DNA of 63,953 bases, counting the filler, from Collodictyon triciliatum (Eukaryota), in the NCBI GenBank assembly GCA_043381765.1. It is 7 parts of 7 records of this genome, joined end to end, with 100 filler letters (N's around TTAATTAATTAA, not from the genome) between each part and the next. Parts side by side here need not be neighbours in the genome. Positions count along the whole stretch, not along the records: positions 1 to 9,373 come from JBHJMP010003044.1; positions 9,474 to 24,552 come from JBHJMP010003047.1; 5 more parts are not named here. One strand, written 5' to 3'. Positions within the stretch are counted from its first letter, which is position 1; every line of letters begins with the position of its first letter. Below are positions 1 to 19,004 of this stretch, piece after piece. The notes under the pieces were generated by a model. It did not search any database. It saw only the letters and a list, made by a program, of their open reading frames with translations, and was not told the DNA's origin. Made by a program: the position numbers and the translations under genes.

Positions 1-75
<75 letters not shown>

Positions 76-127
76 GCTGTGATTGTTGTCTTCTACTACC
101 AGCGCAACACAACCACTTTTATTGTAG

Positions 128-2880
128 AGCTCAAAAGTGCTTCCGATGGAATCGCACGTCCCACACTCCCACTATCCTGTATGGATCGCCACTATTGAAG
201 CGAACGTCCCACGCGGAGAGGACCGCTATCTGGTGCACACACAGGATCATGTGGTGTCTGTTATGGGTATGTTTTGGCTTTTGATTTATTATCCGTATTT
301 TATTTGTCACTCAACTAGGAATTATTTTCTGAATAACCAATTCGCTTTGCAGCGGGCTCTCTTTCTTTAACAAAATAACGTACAAAAAAAAAAAAACATG
401 TTAGATGCTCATTTCTGTTGTTACTAGTCATTTCACGCGGTCATTATATCTATGTTCCTATTTTACACATGATCAGCAGTTGAAAATGTCATTTGTCCCA
501 CTATATACCAACCTGTATAGATGGTCATGGCGGTTCCCTTGTGGTGGATTATGTCGAAAAGAATCTTGTAGAGACCTTGAAAGTTCAATTAGAGGCAACA
601 AATGGGTCAGTATCTTTGTTCTGATTTTTCTCTCTCTCAGAAGTCCCCATTCACGCCGAAATCACCTAATCATACTGATATGATTTGTGGCGCGACTTAT
701 GTATTGATATGTGCATTCAGGAACATTGCTCAAGCACTTACTGACACTTACCGAAGTCTGGACGAGCAAATGCTGAAGAATTTGGATATCAACGAAAAGT
801 CGATGTATTCTGGTACTTGCATAAATACACTGTATGTGGATACGAAAGACGGGAGGATTTACATCGCAAATCTTGGTGACTGTCGATCTGTGGTGGGGCA
901 AAGGAGACAGCATACGTATGTGTATTGCACACAGATAGCGAGAAATAATTTATTTCATTTTTATTTGTCATTCTCCAACAGTGGGAGAGATAGAGAGGGG
1001 AGAAAAAAAGACTTCAGCTTCACTTAGTGAAATCTTCTGGTTGTAGACCGGAACCGCAGTACGAAGCCTTCCCACTGTCTGTCGACCACAATTGCTACAA
1101 TCCCGAAGAAAAAAAGAAAACAATAGCCCGCTCAGGAGATAGAAATGCAATTCGGTGCAGCCCCCAGGATATAAGAGCTGGTTTGCTCATTACGATAAAA
1201 TGCATTGATTGTTTCGTGCTATTTTCCAAGATTTGTTTACGAGCAATATGTGGTTTAGGTAACTCAAAGGCGATACCGAGAGTGGCAGGATATTTAGCTG
1301 TGACGAGGAGTTTGGGAGATTTTTATCTGAAAGAGCAGCAACATGCAAAGTTTGTTCGTGTTCTTGATAATACATATTATTAGGACATATAATTAATATA
1401 CTTTATTTGCTTAAAGTCATTCTACGAAATTATGTACTCATTGTTAAAATCCTTTCTTCTACAGGAAGGCCCAGCTCCGTTTTTTCCCCTACCTAACATC
1501 CGAACCTGACATAACTGTCCACACAATTGATCCTGGCATGGATTTTATCGTGATGGCCTCTGACGGTCTATGGGAACACATGAACTCTCAGGAGGTATGT
1601 TTCGCATCCTAGCGATTAATAATTCTTTCTGTTTTTTTTTTTTTTTGGCGTATGAGCTTGCTCATTTTCAATTCGATATGAATAATAACAACATACGTAC
1701 CGCCGTAGGTTGTTGATTTTCTAACACCTGTGGTCGATGATTTGCTGAAGAAAATATTTGAGTACATTATCATCTTTTGAAAAATAATTTAAATACGAAT
1801 CCCGTTTATGATATCTTGTTATTACAATTTATACAAATGCATCAGCAACACCCCCTCCTCCTCATATATACACATCCTCCCCAAACCTATTTAGGGAGAA
1901 TCAAGGAGAGGATGCAACAGGAAATGATAGCTCCACAGATGAAATCGAAAATATGGTGTCAAATTCAGAGCTTATCCTCCAAGCTATTCAATCTCCCCCT
2001 GTTGCGATCAGCTATGAACAAGGAAGGCGACTAATCCAAAGTCTGAACATCGAGCCCCTGATGCAAGAGGTCAAGGCACCTGCTTGCACCCCCATGGCCA
2101 TTTCAACCGACCCATCGGAGTCTTCGTTCAGCGCAACATCTGTTAGACTTTTGACTATCTTTCATCACCATATGAACCCCAAACATTTTTATTTCTTTTT
2201 ATCTAATTATACACACCCACTTCTCCTCTGGAGGGAAGCTAATATATGAATGTTCTTCAAATAGTCTGCTCCCAGCTCTGTAGCCAGCTCGCCCCCAGAG
2301 CCGCAGTGTAGCAAATCCATTGTTTCTGGTGAATTGCACTCAGACCCAACATCATGTAAGGCTTCAGCATTATATAAATTCACTTGTCCGCTTCTACAAT
2401 TGCTTATGCATAGCTGTTCACATGGTGAATGAAACCATTTCATTTTTCTCAAAGTACCAGAAAACCCTTCTCCTATGGGAGGAAATCAACTGGAGACCAA
2501 CAGTGAAATCTCTCCACTTTCTCCTCCTTTACCACCTTCCCCAGCAAATGCTTCTGTACAATCACAAGCCCGCCTGCCGAGAAGATTGCGCCCCAATATA
2601 GATGTATGGCCCTGTCTTAAACTTGAAAGGCATAAATACCTGACAAGTATGTCTCACACTAATATATGTTGCCAACTGACGTTGCCCTGCCTCTATGGGG
2701 TTTCCCTCCTTCACCCAGGCAACTACCCTGCAAAATCCCTCTGCCATGCTGCTCGAAGAAGTGCTTCGCAGAATAGCCCAAAAAAGCCACAGCACGGTAG
2801 CTATGTTGAAAAGCCTTCCACCAGGAGCTCGGCGCTATCTATTTGATGATATAACCATTGTGGTTCTTCTAATCGCTTAA
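128..2880 (+). CDS. PP2C/PPM-type protein phosphatase, about 11 exons, 5' end probably outside the window
   Basis: GT-AG spliced exons give PPM motifs in order: RGEDR, VSVM-DGHGG (521), SGTC, IYIANLGDCRSVVG, LSVDH, RVAGYLAVTRSLGDFYLK, PYLTSEPDI, FIVMASDGLWEHM, and the final exon RRYLFDDITIVVL* (stop at 2880). Confidence 0.93.
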
Positions 2881-3658
2881 GAACACCCCTTGATTTATTT
2901 TTTTTTTTTTTTAAAAAAAAAAAAACGGAAACAAAGAATATTATAATGTAAGCTGTTTCTTATCTTTTTTTTCCTTATCTTTTTTTTCTTCTCTCTCATT
3001 CTGATCTATTGTGAAAGAGAAAGGAGTTTATGAAAAGTTCCAGTCCCGTGTGCACAATCATTTTTGTGCACTTTTTTTTAACCACACCTATGTCGCATTT
3101 ACGATATTTTTGTTTCTTTCCTACGTTTGGGATTTTATTCGTTAAGTTTTGCGCCACTACATGGATAATTAACAGAATCTTTTTTTTCTCCACTAATGCC
3201 AAATAACTCACATAAATGAATAAACAAAATGATAATCAAAATAATACTTGCCCGGGAGTGTAAATGGTGATACCCTTGCTCGATTAATTAAAATACATAA
3301 AACGGCCAATGAAAGCCGTATAGCGGTTATTTATTTTTGGTTTTTCATTGTCTGTTGCAGGTCGTAACAGACGGGTTAGGTATCTTTCTCCTTTTAATCC
3401 CATGTACAATATTAAGCACAATTAATACTATTGCATGATGCAAAGAGAATTTTTATAAATAATCACGGCACTTTATATTAATTTTCCAGATTTGTTTATA
3501 AGGTTTTCTTTTTCCGTTTTGCTGTTTTATTGGCTTTTCTTTCCATTTTTTCTGTTTTTATTTTTAAGAGAAGAAAAGGAAACTAAAAGAGAAGCAAAGA
3601 AGGAAAGAATCCAAGGATTTGAGTTGAATAACACTCTATTTCGCGTCGCAGTACGGCC

Positions 3659-3772
3659 ATGAAAAAAATCCTTGTTGCAAACCGTGGAGAGATCGCAGTA
3701 CGCATCCTTCGTGCCTGTCAGGTTGATTTTACACCCACGATTCCTTGTGATCCTAGAGTCTTTTTATTATTT

Positions 3773-3807
<35 letters not shown>

Positions 3808-6800
3808 TTATTATTTATTATTATTATTATTTCTTTTGATTTTCTAGTCCTTTGCAGCATCTCCTTTCGCTCACCCGAATCCATTCCTTGCACTGAATTT
3901 TTGTATGGTTTCTTTTCAGCAGTGAGTTTTTTTTTTTGGAAAACTTTCCAAGTTGAGAGGCAAGACAGTAACTGCGAAAAATATTTGTAATAGGAGGCAG
4001 GCATCCTCTCCGTAGCAATATTTTCTTTGTCAGATAACGATAGTCTTCACCGGAGCTTCGCGAGCGAGTCTTATCTCTTGGTCAGATAACTTCATGTGTT
4101 TTTTCTTTCAAAAATTTCTCAATTATCACTTGATGGTAGCTTCTTTTTTTTTTTTTTTATAAAAAAATACAATAAAATAACACTTCGAGTATTATTGTTG
4201 CTTATATTAGAGCGACACTATTGATGGTCCGGCTGCATACCTCGATATCAATGCTATCATATCTATAGCAAAACGGTCGAACGCTGACGCAATCCATCCC
4301 GGTATTTCATATTATCATATCATCTTCTCGAGATTTTGAGCAATCCAGGAAATATATAAATTTCTGGTCTACTAATTCCAAAGGCTATTTTGAAAATGAA
4401 ATCTAAAACATGACACAGGATATGGATTCCTTTCAGAAAATCCTGATTTTGCCGAGGTACTAATTTATTCATTTTCAATATTTGTACTCGCTATCTCGAA
4501 ATGAAATGATCAAGAAAAACCAGTCAATTGTCTATGTCAAGCCTTTGAATCAAATGGAGCGAGAAATATCCCAGAAGCCAGCACCGTCTTATAGGAGATG
4601 AGAAAAACTAAATCAACGGATGAACTTAAAATATCATTCTATAGGCTTGTAGAGCTGCCGGCATCAAATTCATCGGGCCGTGTCATTCAGCAATCAAATC
4701 TCTGGGCGATAAGGTTTTACCTCGTTAAATCAAGGGAAATTTATATAATTTCCATGATATTCGATTAAAACACTTGCGTTCTCTCCTTTTGCAACATATT
4801 TTTGTGAGTGACCTGTCAGTATGCAACAAAACTCAATCCCATCAATAGGTAGAAGCGAAGAAAATAGCGGAGAAACTCAATATCCCGGTGCTTCCATTTA
4901 CCATAGCACAAGAATCACTCACTCCCGAGCAAGTACTTATTATGCTTTTTTTTTCTTTGTTCTTCCTTCCCTTTTGTGTAATATGATGTAGGGTTTGGCT
5001 TTGAAAGACTTTTTTTGCTATTCAATATTTTTTTTTGGTGCAACATAGTTCGATATGGTTGTCAAAACTAAAATATCTAGAAATTATAATCCAATGGAGA
5101 AAGTAGGACCTAATTTCTTTTTTGGCTTGGCCTATTAACAGAGAGAATACATCCAAAGACAAATCGGATTCCCTGTTCTATTGAAGGCTGCTATGGGTGG
5201 CGGTGGCCGTGGAATCCGAGTGGTTCACAACGAGGCAGATTTATCAGAGTCATTCGCTCGCTGTTCATCTGAAGCCAAAAAATTCTTTGGAGATGGGCGA
5301 GTTTTCGTCGAAAAGTACGTTTATTCGATGATTATAAATCTTGAAAAGATGGGTAATTAGAGAGAAAGAAGTAAGGAGATGGGTATATCCAGAATTATTT
5401 TAATTTCTTAGTAATTCAAAAATAAATTAATGTCAATATGAATTTATTCTCGACATTTATGCGATCCTATCTTATTCGATTGTCTTGCTTTTTTTTTTTT
5501 TAATCCTGCTCGCTTGAATATCCTTGATATAGATATATTGCCATGGCGAAACATATTGAAGTGCAAGTTATTGGGGATGGAATTCGAGTAGTACATTTGT
5601 ATGACCGTGATTGTACGGCTCAAGTAATCTTTTAACTCTGTAACTTATTTGACGTGTCAGATGACATTCTCTTTAATCTATGTAATCGTTTGATAAATAT
5701 GTTTGGATGAAATCTTGTCCCGGTATTGCATGACACTTTCGAGTTAACTTGTTAGAGACGACAGCAAAAAGTTGTGGAATTTGGTCCCTCTTTTCACCAA
5801 AATGAAGATATGTATCAACATGCCTTGGTTCTTGCGAAATCTGTCGAATACACCAGCGCTGGTACAGTTGAATTTATCGTTGACCTCGAATCAGGAAAGT
5901 ATTATTTCATGGAAATGAACCCTCGTCTGCAGGTAATTTGCGGTTCTTCTGAATGATTTACAGCATCATTTTTGACACATATTCACTTGTCCCTTCGCTA
6001 TTCTTATTTAGCGACTTGAAAATTAAAGTATCGTTGTTTCAGCACCAAATTTTCCATTCTTTTTTTAATAATTTGTTGATTATCATAGGTAGAGCATACA
6101 GTAACTGAGCTTATCACTGGTGTGGACATAGTTAAAACACAAATTTCAATCGCTCAAGGACAAACACTCCAGGCACTTATTTTCTATTCGGTCGTCAAAA
6201 CTCACTCAACATACTTTTGGAAGTCCTAGTATATGCACGATTTTCTCACATGCCTCGATATATCATTTTATCTACGTGTACTTTTATGAATATAACTAAG
6301 TTTCCATTTATTTACTTCTTTGAGTTTCATACTCACTAAAAAGTCACAATAAATAAATCACCAAATAGTCTTTGGGTCTCATCGACTCTTCAGGGAATTC
6401 TTTGATATCAACTAATGGCTTTGCAATCCAATGCCGTGTATTGGCAGAAAATGCAGAGACTGGCTTCACTCCAACCACGGGTATCTTATTTTATTTTTTT
6501 TACATCAAGGAAAAGAAGAATATTGCCTCTTCGATTTTACCTTCTTTCTTGCCTTGGTTTTCCATAATTTGAGTATTTCCATAAAGGTAATCGAAATGAT
6601 GCCGATAATTTTACATGCATATATACTTTCACGTCTAACAGTACATTCCAGGAATAATCGAGCAGTACGCTCCACCAACAGGTGCTTCTCTTTTTCCTTT
6701 TTTGACAGCCTCGCTTTAGCATTTTCTGTTTATTTTTACAAACTGTTCATTTTTCAGTCGAAGCTGACTGTAATTTTTTTATTTTAAGAGTGCAATTTAC

Positions 6801-8704
6801 TTTATAATATCAATTATTTGCTGATAGACTTTGGTTTCATGGATTTTAACCAACACAATCACGCAGCCATACTCTTGCAACTAGCCTAATATACGCATTC
6901 ATAGGCCCTGGTGTTCGAGTTGATTCGTTTATAAAGATTGGACAACAAGTCACATCTCAATATGACCCTCTTCTCCTTAAAGTAAATACATGTTTGTTCA
7001 ATTTACTGGCTTGTTGTTAATGATTTAGACGCTATCAGTGATGTGATGTTTTGACAAGGACATTGCTTTATACGGATCATTCATCTTAAAATATTTTCCT
7101 TAAAAAAAACCCCCCACTGGGGTTTATTGTGTATTTTACCAAGGTTATATGCTGGGATAAAACTTTCCACGAATGCGTGCGTCGTACTCTGGGAGCTTTG
7201 AGGGAGCTACAGATATATGGTGTTAGAACAAACAAAAGCTTTCTGATGAGCCTTTTGTCATACACGCCCTTCCTCGACCAGCATTTGAATACAACAACCT
7301 TGGAAAACAAAATCGTAATGATTGTTTGCATATATGTAAATCTGATTGAAACCCAGATTTTGTTATAGTTTATAATATTAATGATAATAGACTTTGCTGA
7401 TCTTAAATTTTCGTAAATCTATCCATTTCCTCGAAAATACACTTCTGCGTTAGAGCGATATCGCAGCAACACAACCGAATGTATCTCAACCCTCATTTCA
7501 TCAAGACTTCAACCACCATACCATCTTCCCTGGTGACCAATTTGCATTAAGCTCTGGAGAAGGCCATGTTTGAATATTTTGACCCAATGTCGAGATATTC
7601 CATTTTTTTCATAGAATATCTGAGACTAATACATTCATATTCTTTTTGATAACCCTGTTTACTAATTGAGGCCTATTAATCAGTCTCATCGTGTGTCTAT
7701 CCGTGACTTGAGGAAGGACCAGGATGGGGGTGATAATGTCCTTTCAGTAGAACTCGATGGAAATTACAAGTCATTCACATTTGCCAGGACAGGCGATGCA
7801 AAATCAGTGGGCAATCGGTCGGTGAATACTTAAGATGAGCAATATATATATATATATATTACACCGCAACATGAAGTATTTTTATGAAGACAAATAATCT
7901 CTGAAGATTCGATGTTAACACTCTTGTTGATGTCATTCCTGTCTTGTGTAACAAATATTTAGTTTGGCTGGGAAAGTACGTGAAAAATGCTCCAGAGGGA
8001 ACATAGGCCATGTCGGAGCCCCATATGATGGAGCTGTTGTTGAGGTAAAGCGAGGCATTCCTAGCAAATCTCTGTGCAATTAACCGGATGTATCGGCCCC
8101 GACGCTGTGTTTAGCATTATCTGTTTTACGAATCAATATCCTTGTTCTGCTGTTTCAATTATTGATATTATACTTCAGTCTACATCAATTTGCAACATGC
8201 GGGTTGTTTAACTCCTCCTCCTCCTCCTCCTTCCTGAGATATCATTTATGGTGTGTAAGAATGTGTAATCAATAACAAAATGCAATTGTTCAACGGCAGG
8301 TTTTGAAGCCCATCGGCAGTCGTGTGAAAAAGGGGGACGGTCTAGTTGTTGTTTCGGCTATGAAAATGGAAACAGTTCTATCTTCTGTTATAGACGGATT
8401 GGTAAACCCTTAGATCGACCTTGTCTTCAGTGGCCAAACGATGTTTTGTCTTTCCCAAAGTTTACTCCTAGTTGTCGCTTTATATAATTGTCTATCGAAC
8501 GCGCGCTCGACTTACCCCCCTTTTTTTTTCTTCTCTTTTTTGGTTAAAAATCCAGAAACATATAATAGCAAATGCAAGAGACATACTTGAAATACAAACA
8601 CACTCACGATACTATATCAGATAACGAGGGTATGCGTATCAGCCGGGGATATCATCACACAAAATGATTTGTTGGTTGATGTCACGCCAGGTTCCAAGCT
8701 GTGA
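3659..8704 (+). CDS. Biotin carboxylase plus biotinyl (BCCP) domain protein, pyruvate-carboxylase-like, with no carboxyltransferase domain and a C-terminal SKL
   Basis: About 19 exons: MKKILVANRGEIAVRI, AIHPGYGFLSEN, FIGP, GFPVLLKAAMGGGGRG, HIEVQ, HLYDRDCTAQRRQQKVVE, EMNPRLQVEHTVTE, GFAIQCRV, GPGVRVDS, YDPLLLK, GVRTN, then GHVGAPYDG...SAMKMET (biotin Lys at about 8363) and DLLVDVTPGSKL*. Confidence 0.92.
6173..6368 (+). other. Probable GC-AG intron in the carboxylase gene
   Basis: CAG|GCACTT...AAATAG|TCT joins AQGQTLQ to SLGL in frame, matching the usual G-x-x-L-x-x-LGL spacing. The next GT donor would insert 6 extra residues. Confidence 0.65.
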
Positions 8705-9278
8705 CCAATGCCCAGGCTTGTGTTGGGTAAAGAAAAGAAAAGAAGAGAAAAGAAAAGAAGAGAAGAGAAAAGAAAAGAAAAGAAAAGAAAAGAAGCAGCA
8801 ACAAACAAATAAACAAGCAAATAAATAAATAAATCACAGCCTCCTCGTCTACAAACACCATGCCTCTATCACCAGGGCAGTTGCCCAACATAACAAAAGG
8901 AAATAAAATTACAGAGACACTATCCTTAATAAAATATCGTATTGTCCCATCGCCAAGGAAATAAGGATTTATGTTCCTTAATTTCAGCTATTATCTTTTG
9001 TATATTATTAAGCGTCAAATCATGGTAATTAGTTAAGAGGAGGGTTAGAAGTGTATGGAAAATGTTTCTTGTAACGAGACAATCGTAATAGAGGAGAAAC
9101 ACTGTCGTTTATCATGACCAATGCTCAACTAGGTTGCTTCATTAGTCTTTTTGGAAGGACAGATGTAATTGCAGAATGCCAGTCCATTCCAGAAGATTTT
9201 AGCGCAATTATATGAAACACTATCCATCCATCGTAAATTTCATATAAGTTCATCGAAAACAATATGTGTGTATATTGT

Positions 9279-9373
9279 ACATACATACATACATACATAC
9301 ATACATACATACATACATACATACATACATACATACATACATACATACATACATACATACATACATACATACA
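9279..9373. repeat. (ACAT)n microsatellite
   Basis: Perfect tetranucleotide run ending at the contig break. Confidence 0.95.
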
Positions 9374-9473
9374 NNNNNNNNNNNNNNNNNNNNNNNNNNN
9401 NNNNNNNNNNNNNNNNNTTAATTAATTAANNNNNNNNNNNNNNNNNNNNNNNNNNNNNNNNNNNNNNNNNNNN
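9374..9473. other. Assembly linker N44-TTAATTAATTAA-N44 (also at 24553-24652, 34019-34118, 43479-43578, 52938-53037, 62394-62493; plain N gap at 19755-20200)
   Basis: An identical 100-nt cassette with stops in all six frames, always next to microsatellite or homopolymer runs. Confidence 0.97.
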
Positions 9474-9495
9474 TTTTTTTTTTTTTTTTTTTGTC

Positions 9496-9577
<82 letters not shown>

Positions 9578-11138
9578 TCTTTTTTTTGTCTTTTTTTTGT
9601 CTTTTTAGTCCTTTTGTCTTTCTTTGTCTTTCTTTGTCTTCTATTTTTCTATGGAAATCTTAGGACTTTTTAGTGATACAACCAATTGCAAAAAACTTTT
9701 GGCGCAATATTTGAGTCAGATATGTTCTAAATGTAACACATGTACTGCTATTAGTCCCTCTTAATCTTAGAGACATTCCATATAACTTGAGGAAAGTATA
9801 ATTTATCTAATAAATGAAACTCCTAGCCGAAGCTGGATAATATGAAATATTTCCCCACATAGCTTGATATACCGTCATCGCTTTGTCTTCTGATGAATTC
9901 CCAACCATCTTTGAACTAAAGAGCCCAACGAGTTCAATGAGAGACCCTTTTTCACCAATTCCTCAGCCACATATAGGTCACAACATCATTCCTAGCATAA
10001 ACAATCCTCGCATCATGGAAGAATCTAAATACCAGGGTGGTCTTTCCGCTAAATCAGATATTGGCTTTCAGAAGAACGGCGTGACAGACGAAGGAAGTGA
10101 ATGTGTTCGATTTAAGGTTTGTAGGCTTGGCTTTGAATCTGCTGGTCAAGAATCCAAGATGAACTGTGCAAGCCAATCGCAACATTTTAAAAAAGACCAA
10201 AACAAAAGATAATCCCAATAATGAACCACCAAATATAATGGAACAAATAAACTTTTCTCCATGAATCATAGAGTCTTAAGGTATGCCATAGGATTGTCTT
10301 TTTGGGTTGTATATCACTCTTATGTGCTCACTGTCTTTCCTTTTGTGTTTTTCATCATAATATTTTGATCCGCTATGTTCTTTAGGATCAATTTTTAGAA
10401 TATGATCACCTACCACATTTTTGTTGTAACTCTCGTTTTCATATTATGTACATATGCCCTTCCACACACACCCGTAGCCATCAATGGTCTTTCACATACC
10501 CCTTTGTAAAAGTATCTCCTATCTTCGGCACGCTGACCTACCAAGTCATCACCCATCAAACTATTCTCAATCATGCCAATAAAGTGAAAGGAACCCGAAA
10601 ATTGCTCAAGATAATTCAAATAACATGTAAACAACGAAAAATACTTCGCATTATGGCATCCTCTCGACTGATGGGACACCTGCAGCGATTCTAAAGTGGT
10701 TCATCTCTTTGGCATTTATTTCATATCCACGAGTTACTATCTTCCTTATTCCATGAATTCAGGGGCATGGATGCAAATAGCTGGAAGAACAATCCAATTT
10801 GCTTTCATTTCCAATATGACAGATGTTTATGCTACAAGTTTCTTAGTTCAGGAATCAAGAAAGTACTTGAAGTACCAGATAATTTTTTTTTTGGAAACCT
10901 CGCGGATTTTATGTCGCTTGAAATAATGCGCAATGTGATGACTAATGCATCGAGCATTTGAGATACTACTATTATCGTCCTTTTTTCAAATATTATACAA
11001 CTCTTTATGTGGAGTATATATTTTCCTAGGACTATAATCACGTCCAATTTTTTTAAAAGAATATAACGGAAAGTAGAATATGCATGGATTTTAGACTAGC
11101 TTAGGTACGAAATCTGAATGTGATATGCTCTATTTAAG

Positions 11139-11640
11139 GGTAACACATCTTAATACCATTACAGAAGAAATCGATTCGACCTTGGAGCAACTTGTTCTGA
11201 GAGAAATATTCCATCGATATCCAAGTCTAAAGAGTTTTCTTGAATGATACGATAAGGATTTTTTTATATTCCATCATAAGTTTCAGGTTGCATCGGTGTA
11301 ATCTTCTTTTAATGACATAGTTTCAATAGGTTATATTTATCCCGATAATATTGTTTCTGAGTTAGCCGATTGCGGGCTGCACCACTTTCAAGCCATTCCA
11401 GTCCATGGATCAGGCTATATTCAATATCATGATTTAACTTCCTATCGAGTTGGTCACCCAAGTAATATCTTTAAAGATAGAGAATTACCTTTATGGGCTT
11501 CAAGTTCATGTAGTTAAGGCACAGAGGTACAATTTTAATCCAAAATTAATCGTGCAATAGACCTCGGTGACTTAAATGATTATTTGTATCCACACATACT
11601 TTTTGGAGAAATGTTATGGGTTGGCAGGAGTGCTGAGTAA
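11139..11640 (+). CDS. 3' exons of a hypothetical protein; upstream exons unresolved in 9660-11100
   Basis: Three GT-AG exons with compatible phases give VTHLNTITEEIDSTLEQLVLREIFHRYP-SYIYPDNIVSELADCGLHHFQAIPVHGSG...GHP-NLGDLNDYLYPHILFGEMLWVGRSAE*. No family recognised. Confidence 0.4.
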
Positions 11641-12691
11641 TCAAGTAGTCGCCCAGAAAATACTTTTCTGATAAACTTCTTCAATAGTACGATGATAATT
11701 ATTACATCCCTTTTCTTTTTAAACTTATTTGGTAATTTTTTCTTAATACCCTAATTACATAATAATATACCGAAGCATAATTATTCACCACCCTTTGACA
11801 CGATAAATAGTTAACATGAAGACTTTATCACACATCTTAGTCCATGTTTAGGGGAGATAAAGAACATCTTAGATGGGTTCTATTCTAGGGTGAACTCAAT
11901 ATTCTTTTCGCACGTATATGAAAACTTATGTTAAAGAGAAAATGGCATGTTCCTTTTGAATTCAATTGGACCTGTATCAGAGTTAAAAAAAAAAAAAAGA
12001 AGAGAATGAGAATGAGAAAAGAACATGTCTGAAAAACAATTTGTATTTTCAGGTACAAAAAAAAAAAGGTTTCGTTCGGAGTTTACTCTAAAAATTGTTA
12101 GTAAAATGTGCATAGAAATAAATCAAACACACCTTATATAATAAAAAAAATACATATAAATTTTTTTCTTGTAATATAGAACTAGTTGATTGGACTTGAA
12201 AAAAATTCTGTGAAAATATGCAATATTTTCGTTTCAGAAAAAGCCTTCGTGTACCAATAAAAATAATGCATTTTTTGTTTTGTCAAGTCACAGAAAGCAA
12301 GCAAATAAAATATTAACGAAGGCGTCCCTTTGAAATCCAAGAATCTCATTTCTCGCTCATCTATTTTTAATCACCCAACTTAAGTGACGCATTGCACAGC
12401 TAATAAAGACCGTTAATTTTGACCAAATTTCGATTAATGATATTTAATAAAGAATATTTCAATATTAAGAGGTCACAAGCAGAGTTTAGATTCATTTAAT
12501 TATTGAGTAAACCATTTTGTGTGATTCATAATGGGCAAAATAAATGGCTATTCTTATTACACATATATTACATGTCAGTAAAATGATATAATTTAGATTA
12601 TGAATCGTTCATATTCGTTATAAACTTTGTAGATACACAGAGTTCTCTCTTCACATTTTTGAATCAACGGCTTTTTTTTTTTTATTATAAA

Positions 12692-18579
<5,888 letters not shown>

Positions 18580-18721
18580 CTTTTTTCTGTAAGAAGGATT
18601 TCATAAATTATAAAGGTTCATAGCATTCGTTATTTTCTACTGCGCTCGAATGGATAATACGGAGGTGACAATCAATATGCACCCTGGTTGTGCTCAAATA
18701 AAACAAAACAACCAACTTTTC

Positions 18722-19004
18722 TTTCTGTTTCTGTTTCTGTTTCTGTTTCTGTTTCTGTTTCTGTTTCTGTTTCTGTTTCTGTTTCTGTTTCTGTTTCTGT
18801 TTCTGTTTCTGTTTCTGTTTCTGTTTCTGTTTCTGTTTCTGTNTCTGTTTCTGTTTCTGTTTCTGTTTCTGTTTCTGTTTCTGTTTCTGTTTCTGTTTCT
18901 GTTTCTGTTTCTGTTTCTGTTTCTGTTTCTGTTTCTGTTTCTGTTTCTGTTTCTGTTTGTTTCTGTTTCTGTTTCTGTTTCTGTTTCTGTTTCTGTTTCT
19001 GTTT
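18722..19004. repeat. (TTTCTG)n hexamer microsatellite
   Basis: About 280 nt near-perfect run with no synonymous-type variation. Confidence 0.95.

Noticed and set aside
5315-5532. U12-like branch TCCTTGAT near an acceptor; GTATCC/GTATCT donors at 22876 and 6481
   Set aside because: None has both a full RTATCCTT donor and a matching U12 branch point, so they are treated as U2 introns.
9418-9429. Recurring palindromic TTAATTAATTAA as a CRISPR-like or mobile-element repeat
   Set aside because: It is always centred in 44+44 N and is a scaffolding spacer, not biological sequence.
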